A stretch of DNA of 64,000 nucleotides from Candidatus Aminicenantes bacterium (GCA_963848835.1 CAWKFB010000006.1:180279-244278), one strand, 5' to 3'; shown: positions 45,391-55,241, counted from the stretch's first letter. Numbers and translations are program-made. The notes: generated from the letters alone by a model not told the origin.

Positions 45391-48165
45391 ATGGCCGATC
45401 CGAACGAAGTCAAGGAGACGCTCAACCTGCCGAAGACCGGCTTCTCGATGAAGGCCCGGCTCGCGGAGAAAGAGCCCGAAATCCTGAAGAAATGGTCCGC
45501 GATCGATCTCTACGGCAGGATCCGGGCCGCCCGGAAGGGGAGCCCGGCGTTCGTCCTGCACGACGGTCCTCCCTACGCCAACGGGAACATCCACCTCGGC
45601 ACGTCCATGAACAAGATCCTCAAGGACTTCATCATCAAGTCGAGGACGATGGCGGGATTTGACGCGGCCTACCTTCCCGGCTGGGACTGCCACGGTCTGC
45701 CCATCGAGATCCACGTCGACAAGATCCTCGGGGCGAAGAAGAAGGACATGTCCGTCATCGAGATCCGGGACGTGTGCCGCGAGTACGCCCTGAAGTACGT
45801 GGACGTCCAGCGCCGGGAGTTCATCCGCCTCGGCGTGCTCGGAGAATGGGAGGCGCCCTATCTGACCATGGATCCCGGATACGAGGAATCCGTCCTCCGC
45901 TATCTCGCCGATTTCATGGCCGAGGGGAGCGTGTTTAAGGGCAAGCGTCCGGTCCACTGGTGCCCCCATTGCCGCACCGCGCTGGCCGAAGCCGAGATCA
46001 TCTACAAGGACAAGACGTCGCCTTCGATCTACGTCAAATTCCCGGTCGGCCCCGAGGTCGAGGAGCGCTTCCCGGTCCTGAAAGGCCGCCGCGCCTCCGT
46101 CGTCATCTGGACGACGACGCCCTGGACGCTTCCGGCGAACCTGGCCATCGCCTTCCATCCGGAGTACGAGTACGCCGCGTTCGAGGCGGGAAGGGAGGTC
46201 CTCATCGCGGCCAAGCGGCTCGTCCCGGTCCTGGCCGAGCTCTTCGGCCTTGGGGATCCGAAGATCCTGGCGGCATTCAGGGGCAAGGACCTCGAGGGGC
46301 TCAAGGCCCGCCATCCCTGGATCGACCGCGATTCGCTCTTCGTCCTGGCCGACTATGTCACCCTTGACGACGGCACGGGCTGCGTCCACACGGCTCCCGG
46401 CCACGGCTACGAGGACTACCTCACCGGCCTGGCTTACGGCCTCGACATCTATACGCCGGTCGATGATGAGGGGCTCTTCCTTCCCGAGGTCGAACGCTAC
46501 GCCTGCCAGTTCGTTTTCAAGGCGAACAAAGTCATCAACGCCGACATGAAGGCCGCCGGCGTGCTCCTCCACGAAGGCGAGATCAGCCATTCCTATCCCC
46601 ATTGCTGGCGCTGCAAGAACCCGGTCATCTTCCGGGCCACGTCGCAGTGGTTCATCTCCATGGACAAGACCGGGCTCCGGAAGCGGACGATCGAGGAGAT
46701 CAAGCGCGTCCGCTGGATCCCGTCCTGGGGCGAGGAGAGGATCTCGAACATGATGGAGGCCCGGCCGGACTGGTGCATCTCCCGGCAGCGGACCTGGGGC
46801 GTCCCGATCTCGGCCTTCCAGTGCCGCGACTGCGGGGAGCCTCTGGCGAACGCGGCGATCGCCCGCTACGTGGCCGCGATCTTCGGCCGGGAGGGCTCGA
46901 ACGCCTGGTTCGTCCGGCCCGCGGCGGAGCTCCTGCCGCCGGGGACGACCTGCCCGAAGTGCGGCGGGACGCGCTTCGACAAAGAGAACAACATCCTTGA
47001 CGTCTGGTTCGAGTCCGGCTCGAGCCACAACGTCCTCGGCCGGAGGCCGGATCTGCCGTACCCGGCGGACGTCTACATCGAAGGGCACGATCAGCACCGC
47101 GGCTGGTTCAACAGCTCGATCGTCGTGGGCGTCGCGGCGCGCGGCCGCTCGCCCTACACGACCTGCATCACCCACGGCTTCGTCCTCGACGCGCAGGGCA
47201 AGGCGATGTCCAAGTCGGCCGGGAACGTCATCGAGCCCGGGGCGATCATCGCCCGGGACGGGGCGGAGATCCTCCGGCTGTGGGCGGCCATGCTCAACTA
47301 CAAGGAGGACGCGCCGTTCGGCGGGGAGCTCCAGCAGAGGCTCGGCGAAGCCTACCGGAAGATCCGCAACACCTGGCGCTTCCTCCTCAGCAACCTGTAC
47401 GATTTTTCGCCCGACTCGGATTCCGTCCCGGCCGCGGAGCTCGAACCCCTCGACCGCTGGGCCCTCGATCGGGCCGCCGCGGTCGGCCGAAAAGTGCTCG
47501 AAGCCTATGACGCCTACGAATATCATCCGATCTTCCACGCGCTCTACAACTTCTTCACCGTGGACCTGAGCGCGTTCTACCTCGACATCCTCAAGGACCG
47601 GCTGTACTGCTCCGCGGCCGCCTCCAAGCCCCGCCGCTCGGCCCAGACCGCGATCTTCCGCATCCTCAAGGAATCGCTGCTCCTGGCCGCGCCCATCCTG
47701 CCCTTCACGACGGAGGAAGCCTGGGAAGCGCTGCCGGCCTTCGCCGGGAAAAGCGACTCGATCCATCTTGAGCTCTTCCCCGAGCTCGGGTCGACTTGGC
47801 TCGAACCCGCGGAGCGGGCGGATTGGGAGGTTCTCCTCCAGGTCCGGGACAAGGTCCTCAAGGAGCTCGAGGGTGCGCGGGAGCGCAAGCTCGTCGGGAA
47901 CGCTTTGGAGGCCCAGGTCCGCATCCAGGCCGCGCCGGCGGCGGCCGAGGTCCTCGAGCGGCACCGCGGCGGCCTGTGCGCCCTGTTCATCGTTTCAGAC
48001 GTCGTCGTCGAGCCCGGGGCCGGCGAGGAGACCACGGTTTCCGTGGTCCGGGCGCCGGGCGGGAAGTGCGTCCGGTGCTGGAGCTATTCTCCCGCCGTCG
48101 GGACGATCGCCTCCCATCCGGAGTTCTGCGAGCGCTGCGCGGGCGTCGCGGCGGAGCGGCCGTGA
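45391..48165 (+). CDS. ileS: isoleucine--tRNA ligase
   Basis: HIGH (PYANGNIHLGT) and KMSKS (KAMSKS) motifs, editing domain, and C-terminal zinc cysteines (CVRC...CERC). Intact 924 aa. Confidence 0.95.
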   Translation: MADPNEVKETLNLPKTGFSMKARLAEKEPEILKKWSAIDLYGRIRAARKGSPAFVLHDGPPYANGNIHLGTSMNKILKDFIIKSRTMAGFDAAYLPGWDCHGLPIEIHVDKILGAKKKDMSVIEIRDVCREYALKYVDVQRREFIRLGVLGEWEAPYLTMDPGYEESVLRYLADFMAEGSVFKGKRPVHWCPHCRTALAEAEIIYKDKTSPSIYVKFPVGPEVEERFPVLKGRRASVVIWTTTPWTLPANLAIAFHPEYEYAAFEAGREVLIAAKRLVPVLAELFGLGDPKILAAFRGKDLEGLKARHPWIDRDSLFVLADYVTLDDGTGCVHTAPGHGYEDYLTGLAYGLDIYTPVDDEGLFLPEVERYACQFVFKANKVINADMKAAGVLLHEGEISHSYPHCWRCKNPVIFRATSQWFISMDKTGLRKRTIEEIKRVRWIPSWGEERISNMMEARPDWCISRQRTWGVPISAFQCRDCGEPLANAAIARYVAAIFGREGSNAWFVRPAAELLPPGTTCPKCGGTRFDKENNILDVWFESGSSHNVLGRRPDLPYPADVYIEGHDQHRGWFNSSIVVGVAARGRSPYTTCITHGFVLDAQGKAMSKSAGNVIEPGAIIARDGAEILRLWAAMLNYKEDAPFGGELQQRLGEAYRKIRNTWRFLLSNLYDFSPDSDSVPAAELEPLDRWALDRAAAVGRKVLEAYDAYEYHPIFHALYNFFTVDLSAFYLDILKDRLYCSAAASKPRRSAQTAIFRILKESLLLAAPILPFTTEEAWEALPAFAGKSDSIHLELFPELGSTWLEPAERADWEVLLQVRDKVLKELEGARERKLVGNALEAQVRIQAAPAAAEVLERHRGGLCALFIVSDVVVEPGAGEETTVSVVRAPGGKCVRCWSYSPAVGTIASHPEFCERCAGVAAERP

Positions 48166-48638
48166 TGCGGGCCAACGGCAAGTACCTCGGCTTGATGGCC
48201 GGGCTCGTCGCCCTGGACCAGCTGACCAAGGCGATCCTGGTCAAGTCCGTCGCCCTTTACGGATCGATCACCGTCATCCCGGGGTTCCTCGACCTGTCTC
48301 ATGTCCGCAACAAGGGGGCGATCTTCGGGATGTTCAACCGGTCCGGGGCGAAGAGCGTCACTCTTCTTCTCGTCATCGCCTCGGTCATCGCCCTCGGCTT
48401 CGTCGCATATTACTTCCTCAAGACGCCCGCCTCCCAGCCCTGGACGAAGACGGCCCTTTCCCTCATCCTGGCCGGCGCGGTCGGAAACCAGATCGACCGT
48501 TTCTTCAGGGGAAGCGTCGTCGATTTCGTCGAGATCCACGTCAAGAGCTTCACCTGGCCGACGTTCAACGTCGCCGACGCCTGCATCTCGACCGGCGCGG
48601 TCCTCTTGGCCGCCCTTATCATCCTCAGGAGAACCTGA
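48165..48638 (+). CDS. lspA: lipoprotein signal peptidase II
   Basis: ATG overlaps the ileS stop (TGATG). Contains NKGAIFG, GNQIDR and FNVAD motifs. Confidence 0.9.
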   Translation: MRANGKYLGLMAGLVALDQLTKAILVKSVALYGSITVIPGFLDLSHVRNKGAIFGMFNRSGAKSVTLLLVIASVIALGFVAYYFLKTPASQPWTKTALSLILAGAVGNQIDRFFRGSVVDFVEIHVKSFTWPTFNVADACISTGAVLLAALIILRRT

Positions 48639-49438
48639 TGCATCCGATCCTGTTCAAGCTCGGCCCGGTGACCGTCCATTCCTACGGCTTCATGATGGCC
48701 CTCGGCGTGGCCGCGGCCCTCTGGTTCCTGGCCCGGGAAGGGAAGCGCCAGGGCATGGACGCGTCCCGCCTCCTCGACGCCGCCTTCTTCGTCATCATCG
48801 TCTCGCTTCTCGGAGCGAAGCTCATCCTGCTCGTCGGCGACCTGTCCTATTACCTGAAGAACCCCAAGCAGCTCTTCTGGATCGCCCGCTCCGGCGGGGT
48901 GTTCCAGGGCGGGCTCGCCTTCGGCATCCTCTTCGCCCTGTGGTACTTCCGGCGCAAGAAGATCCCGACCTGGAAGGTGGCCGACATCGCCGCTCCGGCC
49001 GTCGCCCTCGGCCACGGCTTCGGGCGGATCGGCTGCTTCCTGGCCGGATGCTGCTACGGAAAAGAATGCACGCTCCCCTGGGCCGCGACGTTCCATGACG
49101 CTTACGCCCACGACCTGACCGGAGTCCCGATCGACCAGTCGCTCCATCCGGTCCAGATCTACGAGGCCATCCTCAATTTCCTCAATTTCCTCTTCCTGGC
49201 CGTGCTCCTCCGCCGCAAGTCGTTCGACGGGCAGGTCTTTCCCGTCTACATCATCAACTATTCGGTCATCCGGTACTTCACCGAGCTCTTCCGGGGCGAC
49301 CACGCCGAAGGGACCTACCTCTTCCGCGGCCCGTCGGCCCTCCTCAGCGTCTCCTACCCCCAGTTCTTCTGCCTCGTCGGCCTCGTCGCCGGGATCCTCC
49401 TCTATCGCGTCTTCAAACGCCGGCGCCGTGACGCATAA
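48638..49438 (+). CDS. lgt: prolipoprotein diacylglyceryl transferase
   Basis: ATG overlaps the lspA stop. Contains YGFMMALG, GRIGCFLAGCCYG and HPVQIYE motifs. Confidence 0.9.
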   Translation: MHPILFKLGPVTVHSYGFMMALGVAAALWFLAREGKRQGMDASRLLDAAFFVIIVSLLGAKLILLVGDLSYYLKNPKQLFWIARSGGVFQGGLAFGILFALWYFRRKKIPTWKVADIAAPAVALGHGFGRIGCFLAGCCYGKECTLPWAATFHDAYAHDLTGVPIDQSLHPVQIYEAILNFLNFLFLAVLLRRKSFDGQVFPVYIINYSVIRYFTELFRGDHAEGTYLFRGPSALLSVSYPQFFCLVGLVAGILLYRVFKRRRRDA

Positions 49439-50363
49439 GACCTTCCGCATCGGTCCGGACGCCGGGGCCGGAGAGCGGCTCGATGTCTTCCTCGCCCGGC
49501 GCATCCCCGATTTCGCCCGGGCCCAGTTCCAGCGCTTCATCGACAAGGGCTTCGTCTTCGTCAACGGGGAGCGCCGCAAGCCCAGCCTGAAGCTCCGCGC
49601 CGGCGACAAGGTCGAGGCCGATATCGAGATCCCCGAGCCGGGCGCGCCCCAGCCCGAGGACATCCCGCTCCGGGTCATTTACGAAGACGAGTCGATCGCC
49701 GTGATCGACAAGCCCTCCGGCATGGTTGTCCATCCGGGCGCCGGCGCCCGGTCGGGCACGCTCGTCCACGCCCTTCTCCATCGGTACCCCGAGATCCGGG
49801 GGGTAGGGGAGGAGGACCGGCCCGGGATCGTCCATCGCCTCGACAAGGAGACCTCGGGCGTCATCCTCGTCGCCCGGACCGCGGCGGCGCATCTCGAGCT
49901 CAAGAGGCAGTTCAAGGCCCGCGAAGTCAAGAAAGTCTACCTCGCCCTCATCGCCGGCCGTCCCGCGCGGGAGGAGGGCAGCTTCGACTGGCCGATCGGC
50001 CGGCACCACCGCCACGGCGAGCGGATGTCGATCAAGACCGACAAGCCGCGCACGGCGATCACGGATTACCGGATCGCCCGGACGATCGGGGACTTCACCC
50101 TCCTCGAGGTCCGTCCCTTGACCGGGCGGACCCATCAGATCCGGGTCCATCTCGCCGCCGCCGGCCACCCGGTGGTGGGGGACCGCCGCTACGGGTCGCG
50201 AAAGACGGGCGAGACGACGTTTCCCCGGCTCTTTCTCCACGCCCGGGAGCTGTCGTTCCGTCATCCGGTCACCGGGGCTCGACTCGCCTTCGCTTCGCCC
50301 CTTCCCCCCGAGCTCGACGCCGTCCTCGAGTCGCTTGAATCGCCGCCCGGTCCTGGTGTATGA
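49428..50363 (+). CDS. rluD: RluA/RluD-family 23S rRNA pseudouridine synthase
   Basis: S4-like N-terminus, HRLDKETSGVILVA catalytic motif, and GRTHQIRVH. Confidence 0.9.
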   Translation: MTHKTFRIGPDAGAGERLDVFLARRIPDFARAQFQRFIDKGFVFVNGERRKPSLKLRAGDKVEADIEIPEPGAPQPEDIPLRVIYEDESIAVIDKPSGMVVHPGAGARSGTLVHALLHRYPEIRGVGEEDRPGIVHRLDKETSGVILVARTAAAHLELKRQFKAREVKKVYLALIAGRPAREEGSFDWPIGRHHRHGERMSIKTDKPRTAITDYRIARTIGDFTLLEVRPLTGRTHQIRVHLAAAGHPVVGDRRYGSRKTGETTFPRLFLHARELSFRHPVTGARLAFASPLPPELDAVLESLESPPGPGV

Positions 50364-50434
50364 TGACGTTTCTTTTACGCCGTTTTTAAGCGCTCTCCGC
50401 TCGTCGGAACGACCACAGACTGGGAGGATCGCGT

Positions 50435-52528
50435 ATGAAAGACTATGCGCCCGAAATGATCCGCAACGTCGCCCTGATCGGCCATGGCGCCTCGGGGAAG
50501 ACCTCTCTCGCCGCGGCCGTCCTCTTCGACGGCGGCGCGACCGGCCGGCTGACCAAGGTCGACAAGGGCAACACGGTCACTGATTTCGAGCCGGAGGAGA
50601 TCGACCGGAAGATCTCGATCAGCTCGGCCCTCTGCTTCGTCGAATGGAACGGCTATAAGATCAATATCCTGGACACGCCCGGCTACAGCAACTTCCTCTG
50701 GGACACCCGAGCCGGGCTGCGGGCCGTGGACGCGGCCGTCGTCCTCATCGACGGCGTCGCGGGCGTCGAGGTCGGGACGGAGAAAGTCTGGGAGATGATC
50801 GACGAGCTCGCCCTGCCCCGCTTCGTCCTCATCAACAAGCTCGACCGCGAGAACGCGAGCTTCGAACGGGCCGTCGCCGCCGTCCACCAGTTCTTCGGCC
50901 GGCAGGCCGTCCCCGTCCAGATCCCGCTCGGGGCGGAAAAGGACTTCCGCGGCGTCATCGACGTCATCCTCCAGAAGGCCTGGGTCTTCGACAAGGACGA
51001 GAGCGGAAAATTCAAGGTCGAGCCCGTCCCGGCCGAGTTCAAGGCCGAGGCCGAGAAGCGCTACAAGGACCTCGTCGAGATGGTCGCCGAGAACGACGAG
51101 AAGCTCATGGAAAAGTACCTTGAAAAAGGGGAGCTGACCCCTGAAGAGGTCATGGCCGGGTTCAAGGCGGGCGTGTTGAAGCACCAGCTCTACCCCGTCT
51201 TCGCCGCATCGGCCCTCCTCAACATCGGCATCCCGCCCTTCCTCGACGGGATCGCCGCCTATGCCCCGTCGCCTTTGGACACGCCCGAGACGCCCGTCTC
51301 GATCAACGGCCAGGGGGCGGAGCTCAAGCTCAGCGCCGATTCTCCGTTCGCCGCCCTCGTTTTCAAGACAATCTCCGATCCGTATACGGGCCGGATCTCG
51401 ATGATGCGGGTCCTGGCCGGAAAGGCCAACCCGGATTCGACCGTGGCCAATCCGGGCAAGGAGACGGAGGAGAAGCTCGGGGGGCTCTTCTACCTCCAGG
51501 GCAAGGAGCAGGTCCCGGCCGGCCAGGCCAAAGCCGGCGATCTCATCGCCACGGCCAAGCTCAAGGCGACCTCGACGGGCGACACGCTCTCGGCCAAGGG
51601 ATCGGGGATCCTCATCCCGCCGATCAAGTTCCCCGAGCCCTCGATCTCGTTCGCCATCGAGCCCAAGACGCGGGCCGACGAGGACCGCATCTCCCAGGCC
51701 TCGCACCGGATCATGGAAGAGGACCCCACCGTCCGCTTCGAGCGCGATCCGGACAGCGCCCAGCTCCTCATCTCGGGGGGCGGCGAGCTTCATGTCCGCA
51801 TCATCACCGAAAAGCTCAAGAAGCGCTACAACGTCGACGTCGAGCTCAAGCCTCCGAAGGTCTCCTACAAGGAGACGATCAAGGGGCGGGCCGACGTTCA
51901 GGGCCGGCACAAGAAGCAGACGGGCGGCCGGGGCCAGTTCGGCGACGTCTGGATCAAGATGGAGCCCTTGCCGCGCGGCAAGGACTTCGAATTCGAGGAC
52001 AAGATCTTCGGCGGATCCATCCCGCGGAACTTCATTCCCTCGGTCGAGAAGGGGGTCATCGACGCCAAGAAGAAGGGCGTCCTGGCCGGCTACCCGGTCG
52101 TGGATTTCAAGGTCATCCTGTACGACGGGTCGTACCACGAAGTCGATTCGTCGGACATCGCCTTCAAGATCGCCGCCTCCAAGGCCTTCAAGCTGGCCAT
52201 GCAACAGGCCAAGCCGACCATCCTCGAGCCGGTCATGAACGTCGAGGTCTACACGCCCGAAGCCTACATGGGCGACATCATGGGCAACCTCAACGGCCGC
52301 CGGGGGAAGGTCTCGGGCATGGAGCAGAAGGGGCACATGCGGATCCTCAAGGCCGTGGTCCCCATGTCCGAGATGCTCGACTTCGAGCCGACGCTGACCT
52401 CGATCACGGGCGGCCGGGGATCGTTCATCATGGAATTCTCACACTATGAGGAGGTCCCCTCGCACCTCCAGCAGAAGATCATCGCCGAAGCGATCAAGGA
52501 AGGCCGGGTCCGGCCCGAGGAGGAGTAA
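50435..52528 (+). CDS. elongation factor G family GTPase (divergent P-loop, paralog-like)
   Basis: GGGAGG upstream of the ATG. G1 is GHGASGKTS where canonical EF-G has AHIDAGKTT. G3 DTPGY and G4 NKLD. EF-G domains II-V are present (GDTLS, GGGELHV, SYKETI, FEDKIFGGSIP). Intact 697 aa. Confidence 0.85.
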   Translation: MKDYAPEMIRNVALIGHGASGKTSLAAAVLFDGGATGRLTKVDKGNTVTDFEPEEIDRKISISSALCFVEWNGYKINILDTPGYSNFLWDTRAGLRAVDAAVVLIDGVAGVEVGTEKVWEMIDELALPRFVLINKLDRENASFERAVAAVHQFFGRQAVPVQIPLGAEKDFRGVIDVILQKAWVFDKDESGKFKVEPVPAEFKAEAEKRYKDLVEMVAENDEKLMEKYLEKGELTPEEVMAGFKAGVLKHQLYPVFAASALLNIGIPPFLDGIAAYAPSPLDTPETPVSINGQGAELKLSADSPFAALVFKTISDPYTGRISMMRVLAGKANPDSTVANPGKETEEKLGGLFYLQGKEQVPAGQAKAGDLIATAKLKATSTGDTLSAKGSGILIPPIKFPEPSISFAIEPKTRADEDRISQASHRIMEEDPTVRFERDPDSAQLLISGGGELHVRIITEKLKKRYNVDVELKPPKVSYKETIKGRADVQGRHKKQTGGRGQFGDVWIKMEPLPRGKDFEFEDKIFGGSIPRNFIPSVEKGVIDAKKKGVLAGYPVVDFKVILYDGSYHEVDSSDIAFKIAASKAFKLAMQQAKPTILEPVMNVEVYTPEAYMGDIMGNLNGRRGKVSGMEQKGHMRILKAVVPMSEMLDFEPTLTSITGGRGSFIMEFSHYEEVPSHLQQKIIAEAIKEGRVRPEEE

Positions 52529-52555
52529 GCCGGCGTCCGCCCCCGCGGCGGACCT

Positions 52556-53140
52556 TCAGTCGGCCGACCAATCGATCGGCCCGAACTTCTGTTCGATCTC
52601 TTTGGTCAAGTCGGTGATCTTCGCTTTCAGGATGTAGAGATCCTGCATCTGGCCGGTCTGGTCCTTGACATAATCCGGAAGGATGCTCTGGTCGTGGAAA
52701 CCCATCTTCCGGGCCAGGTTGAGGGCGGCTTCCTGCGGTTTCATCATCCAGACCGTGACCGTTTCCACGTTCTTTCGTAGGGCGAGCCTGTAGAGCTCCC
52801 GCATCAGGATCATGCCCACGCCGCGGCGCTGGAACGCCGGGGCGATGATCACCCTCAGCTCTCCCTGGTGGCGCCTCCATTCTTCGAAAGGCAGCTCCAG
52901 GACGCCTTTGCCGATGATCGCGCCGCCGGTTTCGGCCAGGATCCGGAAGTGGTAGCCGAAGTCCATGAGCTTGATCCGCTGCTCCATGGTCTTGCGGTTG
53001 GTCACGTCGATCCGGAGATAGCGCCGGTCTTCGGGCGGGAGGGTCGCGTAGAAATTCATCAGGGCCTCGAAATCCTGCTTGGGGTCCATGTCCCGGATGG
53101 TAATCTCCGCGCCGTCCTTCAAGACTTCGCGCTTGAGCAT
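52556..53140 (-). CDS. GNAT family N-acetyltransferase
   Basis: Acetyl-CoA motif FQRRGVGMILMRE. 194 aa. GGAAGAGGAGGG lies upstream of the ATG. Confidence 0.8.
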   Translation of the reverse strand: MLKREVLKDGAEITIRDMDPKQDFEALMNFYATLPPEDRRYLRIDVTNRKTMEQRIKLMDFGYHFRILAETGGAIIGKGVLELPFEEWRRHQGELRVIIAPAFQRRGVGMILMRELYRLALRKNVETVTVWMMKPQEAALNLARKMGFHDQSILPDYVKDQTGQMQDLYILKAKITDLTKEIEQKFGPIDWSAD

Positions 53141-53212
53141 GATCCCTCCTCTTCCTTCCTGATTCGACTATAGGTCCGCCCCCCTCCGTTGTCAAGAAAG
53201 TTCGGGATGGAT

Positions 53213-53262
53213 CGGCGAGGGCGGTCTCGCTCGGCGGGAAATCCTGACGCTCTGCCTGTCAT
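53213..53262 (+). repeat. repeat module X, copy 2
   Basis: Matches 9874-9923 (49 of 50 nt, with 44 contiguous identities). Followed at 53272-53285 by CGGGGCTCCCGGGG, which precedes X in the other island. Confidence 0.85.
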
Positions 53263-53315
53263 CGAAAAGAACGGGGCTCCCGGGGGCTCCCCCGGCTCAC
53301 GAAGAATGTTCGCCT

Positions 53316-53415
53316 TAGGGAGCCCCCTCGCGCCCCGAATATAAGACGCGGACGTCCTGCGAGTTTTCGTCGATCTCGGTGAATCCTGCCGCGGACGGCT
53401 CGGCCGAATTCGCCG
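53316..53415 (-). repeat. repeat module Z, copy 2
   Basis: Its reverse complement aligns with 10384-10490. Confidence 0.7.
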
Positions 53416-53540
53416 CATCCTTCCCCCGACCCGGGGGACCCCATCCGGCTCATCGTCCGAGTCGTCCGTACGTCAGGCGCGCGCTCCCAATGGCCGATCG
53501 TGGGACGGTGAGCGAAGATATCGCCATCGTACCTGCGGGA

Positions 53541-53623
53541 GGGACGCCTACCTGCAGTCCCTTCGAGTCGTAGAAGGGGAAGGGGATGTAGAGAATTATA
53601 GATAAGATTCCGGAAGGCGTCCT
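53541..53623 (-). repeat. repeat module U, copy 3
   Basis: Read on the minus strand: AGGACGCCT ... TATAATTCTCTAC ... CCCTTC-TACGACTC-GAAGGG ... ACTGCAGGT-AGGCGTCC. Same architecture as 10275-10355 and 10511-10594. Confidence 0.75.
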
Positions 53624-53648
53624 GGTCTTATGCGCGGTCCGAAGATCG

Positions 53649-53731
53649 CCCGAAGCGCCCCCCGAATTTCTTTATTGATATTCTCCTCCCTGCCCCCCAA
53701 CTAACATGGGGGGATTCGTCGGCGCTTCGGG
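53649..53731 (+). repeat. repeat module V (U-like unit with a different closing helix)
   Basis: CCCGAAGCGCC (53649-53659) / GGCGCTTCGGG (53721-53731), plus CGAAT/ATTCG. A/T box TTTATTGATATTCTCC. Hairpin CCCCCC-AACTAACAT-GGGGGG. Related copies at 37809-37969 and 23080-23125. Confidence 0.7.
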
Positions 53732-53744
53732 AAAGGAACGAACC

Positions 53745-53800
53745 CGCGCTTCGCGGAGGGAACCCGCTCGGATTCCCCTTGTGAGCATTGGGGCAATTCT
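53745..53800 (-). repeat. repeat module W, second degenerate copy
   Basis: Minus strand reads AATTGCCCCAATGCTCAC-AAG-GGGAATCC-GAGC-GGGTTCCC-TCCGCGAAGCG, which parallels the 5' half of W. Confidence 0.5.
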
Positions 53801-53819
53801 GAAAAACTCTCCGGGCGGA

Positions 53820-53912
53820 GGGATTGCCCATAAAGCGAACATCAGGAGGGGGGGCCCCGCCTAATTCGGGGGGGAACCAGGAGGGTTCCAACGTGAGCTT
53901 ATGGGCAATCCC
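53820..53912 (-). repeat. repeat module W, full copy (inverted relative to 9945-10034)
   Basis: Closing helix GGGATTGCCCAT/ATGGGCAATCCC. Hairpins GGAACC-CTCCT-GGTTCC and CCCC-GAATTAGGC-GGGG. The tail CCTCCTGATGTTCGCTTT is conserved. Confidence 0.8.
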
Positions 53913-53978
53913 GAAGCCGTTTGACTTGGACCCTACGGGTTCATATCATACGTCCGGCTCGAAAAGGAGAATCCATCC

Positions 53979-55241
53979 ATGATCCACAGCCCGCTGAAGA
54001 TGATCGCGCTCATGACCCTTGCCGCGGCCTCGGTACTCGCCCTGGGCGCCGCGGCCCAGGACGCGGCCGGCGACCCGACCCTCCGTCTCAAGCTCGGCGA
54101 TCCGCGCTTCAAGGACAAGACCCTCGATATCCCCGCCGACAGTCTCGTTTCGGTCGAGACGGGGAAGCCGGTGCCCTTCGCCAAGATGATCGAGGAGATG
54201 AAAGCGGCCCGGATCATCCACGTCGGCGAGACCCATAACTCCAAGCCCATCCACGATTTCCAGGCCCGAATCATCCGGGCCCTGTACGCACAGGACCGCG
54301 GCCTCGTCATCGGCCTGGAGATGTTCCCGGCGACGATGCAGGACGTCCTCAACAGGTGGAGCCTGGGCATCCTGTCCGAGGAGGAGTTCATCCGAGAAGC
54401 CCGCTGGTACGTCACCTGGAACTTCAACTTCGGCTTCTACCGCGACGTCTTCGTCTTCGCCAAGGAGAACCGCATCCCGATCTACGGCTTGAACGCTCCG
54501 CGGGAGATCATCACCAAGATCCGGATGAAGGGCTGGGACTCTCTGACGGACGAGGAAAAGGCCCTTGTCCCGAAGCCCGACCTGACCCACGCCGAGCACC
54601 GGGAGCTCATGAAGCAGATCTTCGGCGGCGCGGAGATGCCCCACGCCATGGCAGGAGCTGGCGGCGCGGAGGCGATGTTCGAGGGCCTCTACCGGGCCCA
54701 ATCGGCTTGGGACGAGGTCATGGGCTCGAACGCCGCCGCGATCACCGAGCGGGAGCGGAAGAAGATGGTCGTCCTGGTGGGGTCCGGGCACCTGATCTAC
54801 AACCTCGGCCTCAACCGGCGGGCGTACGAGAAGAGCAAGCTGCCCTTCAAGACGGTCATCGGCGTGTTCGTCGACAAGAGTAAGACGGTCGAAACCGTCG
54901 CCCGTAGCCTGGGGGATTATCTCTTCGGCATCGCCGAGGAAGCGCGGCCGGCGTATCCCTCGATCGGGATCGGATTCAAGAAGGTCAAAGACCTCGACAA
55001 CCTCTTCGTCGAGACGAAGCCCATCGATGGCGTCGCGAGGGGCCAGGACATCGAAAAGGGAGACATCGTCCTGACCGTGGACGGCCGGACTTGGACGGAC
55101 GCGAACGAGCTCCGGACTTATCTGGCCGCCCTTCCTTGGGACGGAGAAGTCAAGCTCCACATCCTGCGCGCGGGCGTGGAGAAGGACGTGACGCTCAAGA
55201 TCACGATGAGCCCGCCCCCTCCGCCGCCGGCGAAAAAGTGA
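53979..55241 (+). CDS. ChaN-like (haem-binding uptake/Tiki superfamily) protein with C-terminal PDZ domain
   Basis: Signal peptide. IIHVGETHNS and VLVGSGHLIYNLGL are typical of the ChaN family. PDZ-like IGIGFKK...GDIVLTVDG. Proline-rich tail PPPPPPAKK. Confidence 0.65.
   Translation: MIHSPLKMIALMTLAAASVLALGAAAQDAAGDPTLRLKLGDPRFKDKTLDIPADSLVSVETGKPVPFAKMIEEMKAARIIHVGETHNSKPIHDFQARIIRALYAQDRGLVIGLEMFPATMQDVLNRWSLGILSEEEFIREARWYVTWNFNFGFYRDVFVFAKENRIPIYGLNAPREIITKIRMKGWDSLTDEEKALVPKPDLTHAEHRELMKQIFGGAEMPHAMAGAGGAEAMFEGLYRAQSAWDEVMGSNAAAITERERKKMVVLVGSGHLIYNLGLNRRAYEKSKLPFKTVIGVFVDKSKTVETVARSLGDYLFGIAEEARPAYPSIGIGFKKVKDLDNLFVETKPIDGVARGQDIEKGDIVLTVDGRTWTDANELRTYLAALPWDGEVKLHILRAGVEKDVTLKITMSPPPPPPAKK

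Noticed and set aside
52535-52553. The hairpin GTCCGCC-CCCGC-GGCGGAC between the EF-G-like and GNAT genes as a terminator.
   Set aside because: It has only a 7-bp stem, no U-tract on either strand, and overlaps the GNAT stop region. That is too weak to call.
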